From an uncultured Collinsella sp. (GTDB taxonomy: Bacteria; Actinomycetota; Coriobacteriia; Coriobacteriales; Coriobacteriaceae), in NCBI GenBank assembly GCA_905204365.1, contig CAJKZO010000001.1:1-60332 (forward strand): 60,332 nucleotides of DNA. Direction: 5' to 3'. A program made the position numbers and the translations under genes. Shown piece after piece: positions 26,421 to 36,718 of the stretch. Each line of letters starts with the position of its first letter. The first letter of the stretch is position 1. Below the pieces are notes generated by a model that was given only the letters and a program-made list of their open reading frames with translations, was not told where the DNA came from and ran no database searches.

Positions 26421-27824
26421 TTAGAAGTCGGCGTTGCCCACGGTGCGCGGGTGCGGCAGGACGTCGCGGATGTTGCCCACGCCGGTCAGATACATGACCA
26501 AGCGCTCGAAGCCCAGACCGTAGCCGGCGTGCTTGCAGGAACCATAGCGGCGCAGGTCAAGGTAGTACTTGTACTGCTCGGGATTCATGCCCAGGTCCTT
26601 GATGCGGGCCTCGAGCAGATCCAGGCGCTCCTCGCGCTGGGAGCCACCGATGATCTCGCCGATGCCCGGCACCAGGCAGTCGGCGGCGGCGACGGTCTTG
26701 CCGTCCTCGTTCATGCGCATGTAGAAGGCCTTGATCTCGGCCGGGTAGTCGGTTACGAAGGTCGGGCGCTTAAAGTGCTCCTCGGTCAGGAAGCGCTCGT
26801 GCTCGGTCTGCAGGTCGATGCCCCAGCTCACGGGGTAGTCAAACTTGTGACCGGCGGCGACGGCCTGCTCCAGGATCTCGACGGCCTCGGTATAGGTGAC
26901 GCGGGCGAAGTCGGAGTTGGCGACATGGTCTAGGCGCTCGAGCAGACCCTTGTCCACAAACTTGTTGAGCATATTGAGCTCGTCGGGGCAGGTGGCCATG
27001 ACGTCCTTGAGGACATACTTGAGCATGGCCTCGGCGTTATCCATGTAGTCGTTAAGGTCGGCAAAGGCCATCTCGGGCTCGATCATCCAAAACTCGGCGG
27101 CGTGGCGCGTGGTGTTGGAGTTTTCGGCGCGGAAGGTGGGGCCAAAGGTGTACACGTCGCCAAAGGCCATGGCAAAGTTCTCGGCATTGAGCTGGCCGGA
27201 CACGGTGAGGCTCGCATGCTTGCCAAAGAAGTCCTGGCTCCAGTCGACCTCGCCGGACTCGGTGAGGGGCGGATTTTTGGGGTCGAGCGTGGTCACGCGG
27301 AACATCTCGCCGGCGCCCTCGCAGTCACTCGTGGTGATGATGGGGGTGTTGACGTAGACAAAGCCCTGCTCCTGGAAGAAGCGGTGGATGGCGGCAGCCG
27401 CGACAGAGCGGATGCGGAACACGGCGCGGAACAGGTTGGTGCGCGGGCGCAGATGCTGCTGGGTGCGCAGGAACTCGACGGTTGCGCGCTTCTTCTGCAG
27501 CGGGTAATCCGGGGCGCTCGTGCCCTCGACCTCGATGGAAGTGGCAGAAAGCTCGAAAGGCTGGGGCGCATCGGGGGTCAGCTTGACGGTGCCGGTGCAA
27601 ATGAGTGCGGCCGAGACGTTTTGATGGGCGATCTCGTCGTAGTTGTCGAGCGCCTCGCGGTTCATGACGACCTGCAGGTCGCGGAAGCAGCTGCCGTCGT
27701 TGAGCGTGACGAAGCCAAAGTTCTTCATGTCGCGGACGGACTTGACCCAGCCGGCAACGGTGACGGTCTGGCCACCGAGCGACTCGGCATCGGCATAGAG
27801 CTGCGCGATTTTGGTGCGGTTCAC
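26421..27824 (-). CDS. asnS: Asparagine--tRNA ligase
   Basis: GTG start with [36 protein letters not shown] and GLGFERL motifs. Confidence 0.96.
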   Translation of the reverse strand: MNRTKIAQLYADAESLGGQTVTVAGWVKSVRDMKNFGFVTLNDGSCFRDLQVVMNREALDNYDEIAHQNVSAALICTGTVKLTPDAPQPFELSATSIEVEGTSAPDYPLQKKRATVEFLRTQQHLRPRTNLFRAVFRIRSVAAAAIHRFFQEQGFVYVNTPIITTSDCEGAGEMFRVTTLDPKNPPLTESGEVDWSQDFFGKHASLTVSGQLNAENFAMAFGDVYTFGPTFRAENSNTTRHAAEFWMIEPEMAFADLNDYMDNAEAMLKYVLKDVMATCPDELNMLNKFVDKGLLERLDHVANSDFARVTYTEAVEILEQAVAAGHKFDYPVSWGIDLQTEHERFLTEEHFKRPTFVTDYPAEIKAFYMRMNEDGKTVAAADCLVPGIGEIIGGSQREERLDLLEARIKDLGMNPEQYKYYLDLRRYGSCKHAGYGLGFERLVMYLTGVGNIRDVLPHPRTVGNADF

Positions 27825-28005
27825 GTATCCTCCCATAACGGTTGAATGATAGTTATCCATACAGTTCGATATTCTAGCAGCTCGGCTCATTTGGGCTATA
27901 CAGATAAGGCATTGGCGGGATGGTTTTTCAAACGAAAAGCGCCCGCGGCCAAATGGTCGCGGGCGCTTGACGAGGTGCCTTTTGGCTGTGTGGCGCGGGG
28001 CCTGG

Positions 28006-28569
28006 CTACTTGGTCTTGGCAACCAGCAGCGGGTCGCCAAGCTTGACGAGCGGGTTGCCGCCGATAAGCGTTCCAGACTCGCCGACATGGTCGATGCTCT
28101 TAAGACGATCGAGCTCGGAGACGATGACGGTCACGATGTCCTCGTGACCAGCGGCCTTAATGGCCTCGCGGTCGAAGCTGATGAGCGGCTGGCCTGCCTT
28201 GACCACATCGCCCATCTCGACAAAGCGGGCAAAACCCTTGCCGTTCATTTCCACGGTACCCAGGCCAACATGGATAAACACGCGAAGACCGTCCTCGGTA
28301 ATCATGCCGATGGAGTGGTTGGTGACAGTGGTGGCACCGATGCGGCCGTTGGCGGGCGCATAGATGGTGCCGGTAATGGGCTCGATGCCATAGCCCTGGC
28401 CAAGCATGCCCGAGGCGATCGTCTCGTCGGGAACCTCGTCCAGGTTGACGAGCACGCCGTTGACGGGGGCATAGATGACGCCTTCGCGGGTAGCGAAGCT
28501 TGCTGCGGGCGGAACGGACGCCTCGCCGGTCGAGGTGAAAGTGGACTTAAGCGAATCGAGCAGACCCAT
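28006..28569 (-). CDS. PTS glucose-family EIIA component
   Basis: [19 protein letters not shown] and [14 protein letters not shown] motifs. Confidence 0.88.
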   Translation of the reverse strand: MGLLDSLKSTFTSTGEASVPPAASFATREGVIYAPVNGVLVNLDEVPDETIASGMLGQGYGIEPITGTIYAPANGRIGATTVTNHSIGMITEDGLRVFIHVGLGTVEMNGKGFARFVEMGDVVKAGQPLISFDREAIKAAGHEDIVTVIVSELDRLKSIDHVGESGTLIGGNPLVKLGDPLLVAKTK

Positions 28570-28613
28570 AGTTGCCTCCAACTTAAATAGGCGCATATCG
28601 CGCGTTTGGTTTG

Positions 28614-28630
28614 CCGGAAACGTTTCACAT
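28614..28630. promoter_or_regulatory. LacI-family / cre-like operator upstream of the EIIA gene
   Basis: Palindrome GAAACGTTTC at 28617-28626 with central CG. Confidence 0.5.
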
Positions 28631-28812
28631 GTGTTTCGCGGCTTGGTCAACGCCCCTATTCTACGCTGCTCAACGATACCTCTGAACTGGGATTATGTGA
28701 TATATCAGTTGAAGGGAAACTTATTGCCGGAGAGTTTCTGCGCCACGGGTTCAAGTGGGGTACGCTTGAAGGCGAAAAACAAGGGCGCTTAATTTGCGCG
28801 AAGGGAGCACAT

Positions 28813-29712
28813 ATGATTGTCGAGAACCATGCGCTGTGGGGCGAGGAGCCGACCGAGGATTATCCGGCGACCTTTACGTATCTGGGTGCCGAGCCGCTGC
28901 CCGACAAGCCCAATGGCCGCCGCCCCGCGGTGATCATCTGCGGCGGAGGCGGGTTCACGCATATCGCTCCGCACGAGCAGGACCCGGTGGCGTTTGCATT
29001 TTTGGACCGCGGCTACCAGGCCTTTGTGCTCAACTATGTCACGAGTTCTACGGGTGACGTGAGCTTTCCGCACCCCCAGGCAGATCTTGCCAAGATGGTC
29101 GCCACGGTGCGCGCCAACGCCGACGAGTGGCATGTCGATCCTAAGCGCGTGTGCGTCGTGGGCTTTTCTGCTGGCGGCATGATTTGCGCCTCGCTGGCAA
29201 CACAGTGGAAGACCGGCCCCTTTGCGGCACTTGCCGGGGCGCGTCCGGACGACATTCGTCCCGATGCCGTGGTGCTGGGCTATCCATTGCTCGACTTTGC
29301 CTATGTGCGCGACATGCAGACGCGCGATCCGCGCATTGACTTGCGCGTGCCCAAGACGGGCGGCAAGACGGGACGCGATTTGCTCAACGACTACCTGTCG
29401 ATGGTGACGGGCGGCGAGGCAACTGACGAGCATCTGGCCGACATCTGCCCCACCACGCATGTTTCGCGTCAGATGCCACCGACCTTTGTGTGGGGCGTGT
29501 CCGACGACAAGACGGCGCCGATCGCGCAGGTCTACCCGTTTGCGCAGCGCATGGCCGAGGAGGGCGTTGCATGCGAGATGCACGTCTTCGACCAGGGCGG
29601 CCACGGCCTTTCGCTCGGCAACGCCAACACCGCGGTCGACAACGAGGACAAGCAGGTGGCGGTCCGTCCCTGGATCCGCCTAGCCTTCCGCTTCCTGGAG
29701 CGCCATCTGTAA
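28813..29712 (+). CDS. Alpha/beta hydrolase (esterase)
   Basis: CGGGGF oxyanion loop, GFSAGG nucleophile, DDKT and GGHGL motifs. Confidence 0.9.
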   Translation: MIVENHALWGEEPTEDYPATFTYLGAEPLPDKPNGRRPAVIICGGGGFTHIAPHEQDPVAFAFLDRGYQAFVLNYVTSSTGDVSFPHPQADLAKMVATVRANADEWHVDPKRVCVVGFSAGGMICASLATQWKTGPFAALAGARPDDIRPDAVVLGYPLLDFAYVRDMQTRDPRIDLRVPKTGGKTGRDLLNDYLSMVTGGEATDEHLADICPTTHVSRQMPPTFVWGVSDDKTAPIAQVYPFAQRMAEEGVACEMHVFDQGGHGLSLGNANTAVDNEDKQVAVRPWIRLAFRFLERHL

Positions 29713-29741
29713 GAGGACGGGCATCCCAGCCCTTCAATAAC

Positions 29742-29804
29742 TTGCGGTGAAATAGTTCCGATCTGGGGCATCAACCAGCCCATCCAGGAACTATTCCACC
29801 GCAA
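29742..29804. repeat. Palindromic unit, family C, copy 1
   Basis: TTGCGGTGAAATAGTTCC-N27-GGAACTATTCCACCGCAA. Confidence 0.85.
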
Positions 29805-29826
29805 CTTCGTTTTTGATGCCCCGCCC

Positions 29827-30025
29827 GGAAACTGCGTCCCAGTTTTGCCTTTCAAGGTGGGACGCAGTTTCCCATAGGGCCTCGACTGGGAAAGCGCGTC
29901 CCGTTTCGAGCGGGGATTCCGGGATGCATTTTCCGTAAGAGGCCTGTTTGGGAAACCATATCCCGTTTCGAGCCGGAATTCTGGGATGTAGTTTCCCCGA
30001 GAGGCCTCATCGGGAAACTATGGCC
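29827..30025. repeat. Tandem palindromic array, family D, exact 62-bp period
   Basis: 15-bp arms GGAAACTGCGTCCCA / TGGGACGCAGTTTCC; units start at 29827, 29889, 29951 and 30013; all spacers and linkers are 16 nt. Confidence 0.88.
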
Positions 30026-30110
30026 CTGAACTCTCCTGCCTGTCCCCATTGCGCCAATTTGCTGATTGAACGTCGTTGTGTGTTCACGCTATCATGTAAG
30101 CTTAAAATTG

Positions 30111-30143
30111 GTTAGCCATGGCAAACGGTTAGCCATGGTGAAC
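30111..30143. promoter_or_regulatory. Tandem imperfect palindromes upstream of feoAB; putative DtxR/IdeR-family boxes
   Basis: GTTAGCCATGGCAAAC (30111-30126) and GTTAGCCATGGTGAAC (30128-30143). Confidence 0.6.
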
Positions 30144-30185
30144 ATAAATACAACGCCCTGTGGGCGCCGGGGGAGGAACACGGAC

Positions 30186-32546
30186 GTGAAGCTCGATACA
30201 CTCGAGATTGGAAAGGACGCCGTTGTCGCATCGGTGGCATCGGACGACCAGGCACTCCGACAGCATATTTTGGACATGGGCCTAACGCCGGGCACCGAAG
30301 TCACCATGATGAAGTACGCCCCCATGGGCGACCCGCTCGAGATTCGCCTGCGTGGCTACGAACTAACGCTGCGCAAGGACGATGCCGCACGCATTGAGCT
30401 CGTGGATGTGCACGACACCGATACCGGCCCGCGCGCTAACGCCGCAATCGGCACGACAGATCACCCGGCCCTGGGCGAGGGGATGTATTCGCCCCGTGCG
30501 GCAAAAACGGCCGTGCCCGAGGGCGCACCGCTGCATTTTGCCCTTGCCGGTAACCAAAACTGCGGTAAGACCACGCTGTTCAACCAGCTTACGGGCTCCA
30601 ACCAGCACGTCGGTAACTTTCCTGGCGTGACGGTCGACCGCAAGGACGGCACTATCCGTAACCATCCCGAGGCAAGCGTTACCGACCTGCCCGGCATTTA
30701 CTCCCTGTCGCCGTACACGGGCGAAGAGATCGTCAGCCGCCAATTCATCTTGGACGAAAACCCCGACGCCATCATCGATATCATCGACGCCACCAACATC
30801 GAACGTAACCTGTACCTGACGCTGCAGCTCATGGAGCTCGACCGCCCCATGGTCATCGCGCTCAACATGATGGACGAGGTGACGGCCAACGGCGGCGCCG
30901 TGGACGTCAACCTGCTCGAGAGCCTGTTGGGCGTGCCTGTTGTCCCCATTAGCGCTGCCCGCAACGAGGGTATCGGCGAGCTGGTGGATCATGCCTTGCA
31001 CGTGGCGCGGTTCCGCGAGCGCCCCGGTCGCCTGGACTTCTGTGCGCCCGATGGATCGGACGGCGGCGCACTGCATCGCTGCATCCACGGCATTGCCAAC
31101 CTGATCGAGGACCATGCCGTGACGGCGCACATCCCGGTGCGCTTCGCGGCGACCAAGCTGGTTGAGGGCGACGAGCTGGTGACCGAGGCGCTTCACCTGG
31201 ATCGCAACGAGCTCGACGCTATCGAGCACATCATTACCCAGATGGAGGGCGAGGCCGGCACCGACCGCCTGTCCGCGCTGGCCGATATGCGCTTTAGCTT
31301 TATCGGCGACGTGTGCGGGCGCTGCGTCGTCAAACCGCACGAAAGCCGCGAGCACGTGCGCTCCGTCAAGATCGACCGCATCCTGACGGGTCGCTACACG
31401 GCCATTCCGGCGTTCCTGGTGATCATGGGCCTCGTCTTTTGGCTGACGTTTGGCGTGATCGGCGCGGCGTTGCAGGGACTCATGGAGGACGGTATCGCTG
31501 CTATCATCGCCTCGGCCGATGCGGGCCTCAAGGCGTTCGGAACCAACGACGTGGTGCGCTCGCTGGCTGTCGACGGCGTGCTTACGGGCGTGGGTAGAGT
31601 GCTGACATTCCTGCCGATTAACGTCGAGCTCTTCTTGTTCCTCTCCATTCTGGAAGACTCCGGATACATGGCGCGCGTGGCCTTTGTCATGGATAAGGTG
31701 CTGCGTCGCTTTGGCCTGTCGGGCCGCAGCTTTGTGCCCATGCTCGTCGGTTTTGGCTGTACCGTGCCGGCTATCATGTCGACCCGTACGCTTCCATCCG
31801 AGCACGACCGCAAGATGACGGTCATGCTCACGCCGTTTATGAGCTGCTCGGCCAAGTTGCCGGTCTACGGCTTGCTGTGCGGAGCATTCTTTCCGCAGGC
31901 GACGGTCCCCGCCATGGTCTCGCTCTATCTGATTGGCATTGCGGTCGGCTGCATTGCCGCTCTGGTGCTCAACCGCACGGCATTTAAGGGCGACCCGGTG
32001 CCGTTTATCATGGAGCTTCCCAACTACCGCCTGCCGAGCGTCAAGACGACGGTGATGCTGGCATGGGATAAGGCCAAGGACTTCATCACCAAGGCCTTTA
32101 CCATTATCTTTGCCGCTACGGTAGTCATCTGGTTCCTGCAGACGTTCGACATCCGCTTTAACGTGGTTGTCGACCAGTCGCAGAGCCTGCTTGCCGGTCT
32201 GGGTAGCATCATCGCGCCGCTGCTGGCGCCGCTCGGCTTTGGCGATTGGCGTGCATCCACGGCGCTCGTCACCGGACTTATCGCCAAGGAGAGTGTCATC
32301 TCGACACTCACGGTGCTTTTGGGCGCAACCTCTCCCGCGGCACTGTCGACCATGTTCTCTCCGTTTACTGCTTACGTGTTCCTGGTCTTTACGTTGCTGT
32401 ACCCGCCCTGCGTGGCGGCCATCGGCGCCGTCAAGAGCGAGCTGGGCGCGCGCTATGCCGTGGCCGTGTTCGCGTTTCAGGTGGCGGTTGCTTGGATCGT
32501 GGCGTTTGTCGTGCATTCGGCGGGCATATTGCTGGGGCTGGCTTAG
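30186..32546 (+). CDS. feoB: Ferrous iron transporter FeoB with an N-terminal FeoA domain
   Basis: FeoA motif MGLTPGT...APMGDP; G-motifs GNQNCGKT, GNFPGVT, DLPGIYS and NMMD; FMSCSAKL, FIMELP and LLYPPC. Confidence 0.95.
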   Translation: MKLDTLEIGKDAVVASVASDDQALRQHILDMGLTPGTEVTMMKYAPMGDPLEIRLRGYELTLRKDDAARIELVDVHDTDTGPRANAAIGTTDHPALGEGMYSPRAAKTAVPEGAPLHFALAGNQNCGKTTLFNQLTGSNQHVGNFPGVTVDRKDGTIRNHPEASVTDLPGIYSLSPYTGEEIVSRQFILDENPDAIIDIIDATNIERNLYLTLQLMELDRPMVIALNMMDEVTANGGAVDVNLLESLLGVPVVPISAARNEGIGELVDHALHVARFRERPGRLDFCAPDGSDGGALHRCIHGIANLIEDHAVTAHIPVRFAATKLVEGDELVTEALHLDRNELDAIEHIITQMEGEAGTDRLSALADMRFSFIGDVCGRCVVKPHESREHVRSVKIDRILTGRYTAIPAFLVIMGLVFWLTFGVIGAALQGLMEDGIAAIIASADAGLKAFGTNDVVRSLAVDGVLTGVGRVLTFLPINVELFLFLSILEDSGYMARVAFVMDKVLRRFGLSGRSFVPMLVGFGCTVPAIMSTRTLPSEHDRKMTVMLTPFMSCSAKLPVYGLLCGAFFPQATVPAMVSLYLIGIAVGCIAALVLNRTAFKGDPVPFIMELPNYRLPSVKTTVMLAWDKAKDFITKAFTIIFAATVVIWFLQTFDIRFNVVVDQSQSLLAGLGSIIAPLLAPLGFGDWRASTALVTGLIAKESVISTLTVLLGATSPAALSTMFSPFTAYVFLVFTLLYPPCVAAIGAVKSELGARYAVAVFAFQVAVAWIVAFVVHSAGILLGLA

Positions 32547-32667
32547 TTATTTATTGACGGCGCAACCTCTGTGTATCGAATTGTTTTCGGCCCCGCATCT
32601 GTTGCTGACGGATGCGGGGCCGTTGCTATATAATCGCCTCCGCTCAAAATGATTGGAGACGTTATAT

Positions 32668-33864
32668 ATGAGTCAAGCAAGGCAAGACGGCATCACGCTC
32701 AAGCAGTGGCTCCCGCTTATCGGGCTCACCTGTTGCGCGTTCGTGTTCAACACGTCGGAGTTCATGCCCATCGGCCTTCTGACTGATATTGCCGCGTCGT
32801 TCTCGCTCACCGAGGCTCAGGCCGGCATCATGATCTCGGTTTACGCCTGGGGCGTCATGCTGCTGTCGCTGCCGCTTATGGTGTTTGCCTCGCGCTTTGA
32901 GTTCAAGCGGATGTTGCTGGGCGTGCTGGCCGTGTTTTCGTTGGGCCAGTTTCTGTCCGCTGTGGCGCCGACTTATCCCATCCTGGTCTGCGCGCGCCTG
33001 GTGGTCGCTTGCGCGCACGCCGTGTTCTGGTCGGTCGCCTCGATCATGGCGTCGCGCCTGGTTGACACGCGCCATGGGGCGCTCGCCATCAGCATAATCG
33101 CCACGGGCTCTTCCATCGCACAGATCTTCGGCCTGCCGCTCGGCCGTGCCATTGGCCTGGCCGTGGGCTGGCGCATGACGTTTGCCGTGGTCGGAGCGCT
33201 GTCTGCTGTCGCGGTCGTCTACCAGGCCACGGTGTTCCCCACCATGCCAGCGGGCGAGCGTTTTACGCTCAAGCAGCTGCCCGAGCTGCTCAAGAACCCG
33301 TTCCTCATCGCGCTCTATGTGGTCACGGTGTTCATGGCGACCGGCTATTACGCGGGCTATAGCTATATCGAGCCTTTCCTGGCTCAGGTCGCGCATGTCG
33401 ACGCAAGCGCCATCACCATGACGCTGACGGCGTTCGGCTGCTCTGGTCTGCTCGGAAGCTGGCTGTTCGGCCGGCTGTTCGATGGACACCGGTTCCCGTT
33501 TCTCGCGATTACGCTCTCCGGCGTGCCGGTGGCCCTGCTGCTCATGGGGCCGGCCGCATCGTCGCTCGCCGCGGTTCTTGGCGTTTGCGCGCTGTGGGGC
33601 TGCTGCGCCACGGCCTTTAACGTGGCGTTTCAGGCCGAGCTCATCAAGCACACGCCGGCGGACTCGTCGGCCGTCGCCATGTCGATCTTCTCGGGCCTGT
33701 TTAACCTGGGAATCGGCACGGGTACCGCGATCGGCGGAGCCGTGGTTTCGGGCCCCGGTATCGCCTGGATCGGTTTCGCGGGCGGGTCGATTGCCGTCGT
33801 GGGCGTTATCCTCGCCATTACAGTGATGTTCCCGGCCATTCGCCGCGCAAAGCCTGTCGCCTAA
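32668..33864 (+). CDS. MFS transporter, DHA1/SotB-like
   Basis: FNTSEFMPIGLL motif, about 12 TM segments, GLPLG...GWR. Confidence 0.88.
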   Translation: MSQARQDGITLKQWLPLIGLTCCAFVFNTSEFMPIGLLTDIAASFSLTEAQAGIMISVYAWGVMLLSLPLMVFASRFEFKRMLLGVLAVFSLGQFLSAVAPTYPILVCARLVVACAHAVFWSVASIMASRLVDTRHGALAISIIATGSSIAQIFGLPLGRAIGLAVGWRMTFAVVGALSAVAVVYQATVFPTMPAGERFTLKQLPELLKNPFLIALYVVTVFMATGYYAGYSYIEPFLAQVAHVDASAITMTLTAFGCSGLLGSWLFGRLFDGHRFPFLAITLSGVPVALLLMGPAASSLAAVLGVCALWGCCATAFNVAFQAELIKHTPADSSAVAMSIFSGLFNLGIGTGTAIGGAVVSGPGIAWIGFAGGSIAVVGVILAITVMFPAIRRAKPVA

Positions 33865-33881
33865 TCACGTTCCCTCATCAG

Positions 33882-33944
33882 TTGCAGTGGAATAGTTCCT
33901 GTTTAAGGCCTCTGAAGGCCCAGGCAGGAACTATTCCACCGCAA
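33882..33944. repeat. Palindromic unit, family C, copy 2
   Basis: TTGCAGTGGAATAGTTCC-N27-GGAACTATTCCACCGCAA. Confidence 0.85.
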
Positions 33945-34017
33945 CTTATTTTGGGGGAGAGGATACAAGCTGGGCATACAATGGATGTCGTTGTGTTGAG
34001 CTTGCCAGGAGGTTGCT

Positions 34018-35394
34018 ATGTGGGGATACGAGACGACGTTCTATCAGATCTATCCGCTGGGCTTTTGTGGAGCCCCGCGCGAAAACGCCGCGCCCGTTGC
34101 CGAGGATGAGCTCGCTCAGGCTGCCAACGCCGTGCCCAACCCCAATGCGCCCATCATGAAGATCGCCCAATGGGCCGACTACCTGCAAAAACTCGGTATT
34201 GGCGCCGTGCTCATCAACCCGCCGCTCGAGTCTGATAGTCACGGCTACGATACGCGCAGTCTGCGCCATATCGACCGCCGCCTGGGTGGGGATGCCGACT
34301 TTGCCGCCGTATGCGACACGCTGCATGCCCATGGCATCCGCGTGGTGCTCGATGCTGTCTTCAACCACGTCGGCCGCGGCTTTTGGGCCTTCCGCGATGT
34401 TCAGGAGCGCAAGCGGGACTCGCCGTACAAGGACTGGTTCCATATCAGCTTTGACGGTGACTCGTGCTATGGCGACGGCTTTTGGTATGAGGGTTGGGAA
34501 GGCCATTTTGAGCTCGTGAAGCTCAACTTGCAAAACCCTGCCGTGGTCGATTACCTGCTCGAGTCCGTGCGCCGCTGGGCCGAGGTCTTTGGCGTCGACG
34601 GCCTGCGTCTGGACGTCGCCTATATGCTCGACCGCGACTTTATGCGCCGCCTACATGCCTTTACCCGTGAGCTCAAGCCCGACTTCGTGCTGATCGGCGA
34701 GACGCTCCACGGCGACTACAACCAGATCGTCAACGACGAGATGCTCGACTCCTGCACCAACTACGAGTGCTACAAGGGTCTGTACTCCAGCTTTAACTCG
34801 GTCAATATGTTCGAGATCGCGCACTCGCTGCACCGTCAGTTTGGCGGCGACCCCTGGTGCATCTACCGCGGCAAGCACCTGCTGTCGTTTGTCGACAACC
34901 ACGACGTGCCGCGCCTGGCAAGCATCCTTACCGACAAATCGTGCCTGCGTCCCGCCTATGGCATGCTCTTTGGCATGCCAGGCATCCCGTGCGTCTACTA
35001 TGGCAGCGAGTGGGGAATTGCTGGTGAAAAGGGCGGCCCCGATGGCGACTGGGCGCTGCGCCCTGCGCTCGATGAGCCTGCGCCCAACGAGCTGACGGCC
35101 TTCATCGCGCAGCTTGCGCACCTGCGCTCGGCAAACGACGCGGCGGCCCGTGCTCTCAACTACGGTGCCTATCGCAACGTGGTGATCCAGAACAAGCAGC
35201 TGCTGTTCGAGCGCGCCTGCGACGATGCGACGGTGCTCGTGGCGGTGAACGCCGTGGACGAGCCTTACACCTTTGGCGCCGGCGAGCTCAACGGCTCCTT
35301 TGTCGATTTGCTTGCCGATGGCGTGCCCACGGTCGGGCTGGCGGGTTCCCTTGAGCTTGCGCCCTACGAGGTGCGTTATCTGCTGAGGGCCTAG
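34018..35394 (+). CDS. GH13 alpha-amylase family glycoside hydrolase (cyclomaltodextrinase/neopullulanase-like)
   Basis: HGYD, DAVFNH, DGLRLDVA, IGE, FVDNHD and YYGSE motifs. Confidence 0.92.
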   Translation: MWGYETTFYQIYPLGFCGAPRENAAPVAEDELAQAANAVPNPNAPIMKIAQWADYLQKLGIGAVLINPPLESDSHGYDTRSLRHIDRRLGGDADFAAVCDTLHAHGIRVVLDAVFNHVGRGFWAFRDVQERKRDSPYKDWFHISFDGDSCYGDGFWYEGWEGHFELVKLNLQNPAVVDYLLESVRRWAEVFGVDGLRLDVAYMLDRDFMRRLHAFTRELKPDFVLIGETLHGDYNQIVNDEMLDSCTNYECYKGLYSSFNSVNMFEIAHSLHRQFGGDPWCIYRGKHLLSFVDNHDVPRLASILTDKSCLRPAYGMLFGMPGIPCVYYGSEWGIAGEKGGPDGDWALRPALDEPAPNELTAFIAQLAHLRSANDAAARALNYGAYRNVVIQNKQLLFERACDDATVLVAVNAVDEPYTFGAGELNGSFVDLLADGVPTVGLAGSLELAPYEVRYLLRA

Positions 35395-35397
35395 GCC

Positions 35398-35961
35398 ATG
35401 GCAACGTCTGACGAGGGCTATCAACATATTGAGCATGGGTTTGAGCCCGTGTTTGACGAGCACTCGTGCGTTTTGGTGCTGGGGTCGTTTCCCTCGGTGC
35501 TCTCGCGTGCCAATGCCTTCTACTATGGCAATCCGCAGAACCGCTTTTGGCGTGTGATGGCCGCGTGCCTTGGTGTGCCCGTGCCGCCCAACGAGGGAGA
35601 CTCTTTGGCAAACGGTGAGCCCGCGACGCTCGACGCCTCGATTGCCGCCAAGCGGGCTATGCTGCTCAACGGCGGTGTGGCCCTGTGGGATGTGATCGAG
35701 AGCTGCGACATTAAGGGCTCGAGTGACGCCAGCATCAAAAACGTCGTTCCGGCGCATGCCGAGCGCATTACCGGCACAGCTCCCATTGAGCAGGTGATAT
35801 GCAACGGTGGTACAGCTGGCCGGCTCTACAAGCGCTATCTACAAGAGCGCACCGGGCTGCCGGCCATCGTTCTGCCGTCGACAAGTCCCGCCAATGCGGC
35901 GTGGCGCCTGGAACGCCTTGTCGAGCGCTGGCGCGATGCCGTTGATTGGGGCGCTCTGTAA
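35398..35961 (+). CDS. Uracil-DNA glycosylase superfamily protein (deoxyinosine glycosylase type)
   Basis: LGSFPS, YYGNPQNRFW, LWDV, GSSD and LPSTSPAN motifs. Confidence 0.88.
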   Translation: MATSDEGYQHIEHGFEPVFDEHSCVLVLGSFPSVLSRANAFYYGNPQNRFWRVMAACLGVPVPPNEGDSLANGEPATLDASIAAKRAMLLNGGVALWDVIESCDIKGSSDASIKNVVPAHAERITGTAPIEQVICNGGTAGRLYKRYLQERTGLPAIVLPSTSPANAAWRLERLVERWRDAVDWGAL

Positions 35962-35962
35962 T

Positions 35963-36625
35963 TTAGATATCTGACTGGGCGCGGGTGCCGAGGCGTTTCA
36001 TGATGGCATGCCAGATCGGTGCGGGCAGCGCGGGCTTGACGCGCACCATGCCGTCGGCGTCGACGCTACCGGCATTGCCACCGCCAAGCAGCTGTGCATG
36101 CTCAATGGAGCAGCCCATGCGCACGGCGCCTACAAGCTTGTCCATGGCCTCAGAAAACGGTCGCCGCAAGAGGCCCATACGCGGGGAGTGGCGAAGCGCT
36201 GCGATGCCGCTGCCGGCACAGATGACAACGCCGTCGCACCATGGTAGGTCACGTAGAATACATGCCCGGCATAGGCGGTCGAGGACTTCGTCCGCTTGCT
36301 TGTTGTTTTTGGACGCGGCCTGGACGACGACATAGATGCGTGTCTCTGTATTTCCAAGGCGATCGAGTATCTGCTCGACAGCGATCATGGCCTCATCATC
36401 AAATGCATCATCAACAGCGAGCACGATGCCATCGACAACGCAGCCGGCATCGTCCGCCTCCAAATCAACCGAGTGGGGGAGCGCGGTGCCAGAAAGCTGA
36501 GCATAGGCGGCGATGGCATCCTGCAAGTCCCAGAGCAAAAACTCAAGATCGGCGCTCTTGGGAATACTGATATACGCAATGGTGTGCAGTGTTTTTGGTA
36601 CGTCGCCACGCGCGATTGTCTCCAT
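35963..36625 (-). CDS. Hypothetical protein, possibly a degenerate flavodoxin-like fold
   Basis: 220-aa ORF with AGGAG RBS filling the gap between flanking genes. Confidence 0.6.
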   Translation of the reverse strand: METIARGDVPKTLHTIAYISIPKSADLEFLLWDLQDAIAAYAQLSGTALPHSVDLEADDAGCVVDGIVLAVDDAFDDEAMIAVEQILDRLGNTETRIYVVVQAASKNNKQADEVLDRLCRACILRDLPWCDGVVICAGSGIAALRHSPRMGLLRRPFSEAMDKLVGAVRMGCSIEHAQLLGGGNAGSVDADGMVRVKPALPAPIWHAIMKRLGTRAQSDI

Positions 36626-36718
36626 GCCATCTCCTTTCCGGCTCGTTTCCGTTTAGGTTACACCGTCTGGTGGCGCCCCGCCGCGCTATCCTAGTGCAAC
36701 CCTTACGAAAGGAACGCC

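Noticed and set aside
26421..27824. asnS in an actinobacterial-type genome as a recent horizontal transfer
   Set aside because: Codon usage matches the core genes and there are no mobility signs. It is probably a long-standing lineage feature.
31590..31635. Charged or polar residues in a FeoB TM segment (GVGRVLTFLPINVEL), and FusA GKIVRQ near 53565
   Set aside because: These are clustered single-base changes to A relative to the expected GVGSVLTFLPIIVVL and GKFVRQ. They are likely sequencing or consensus errors and cannot be interpreted without reads.
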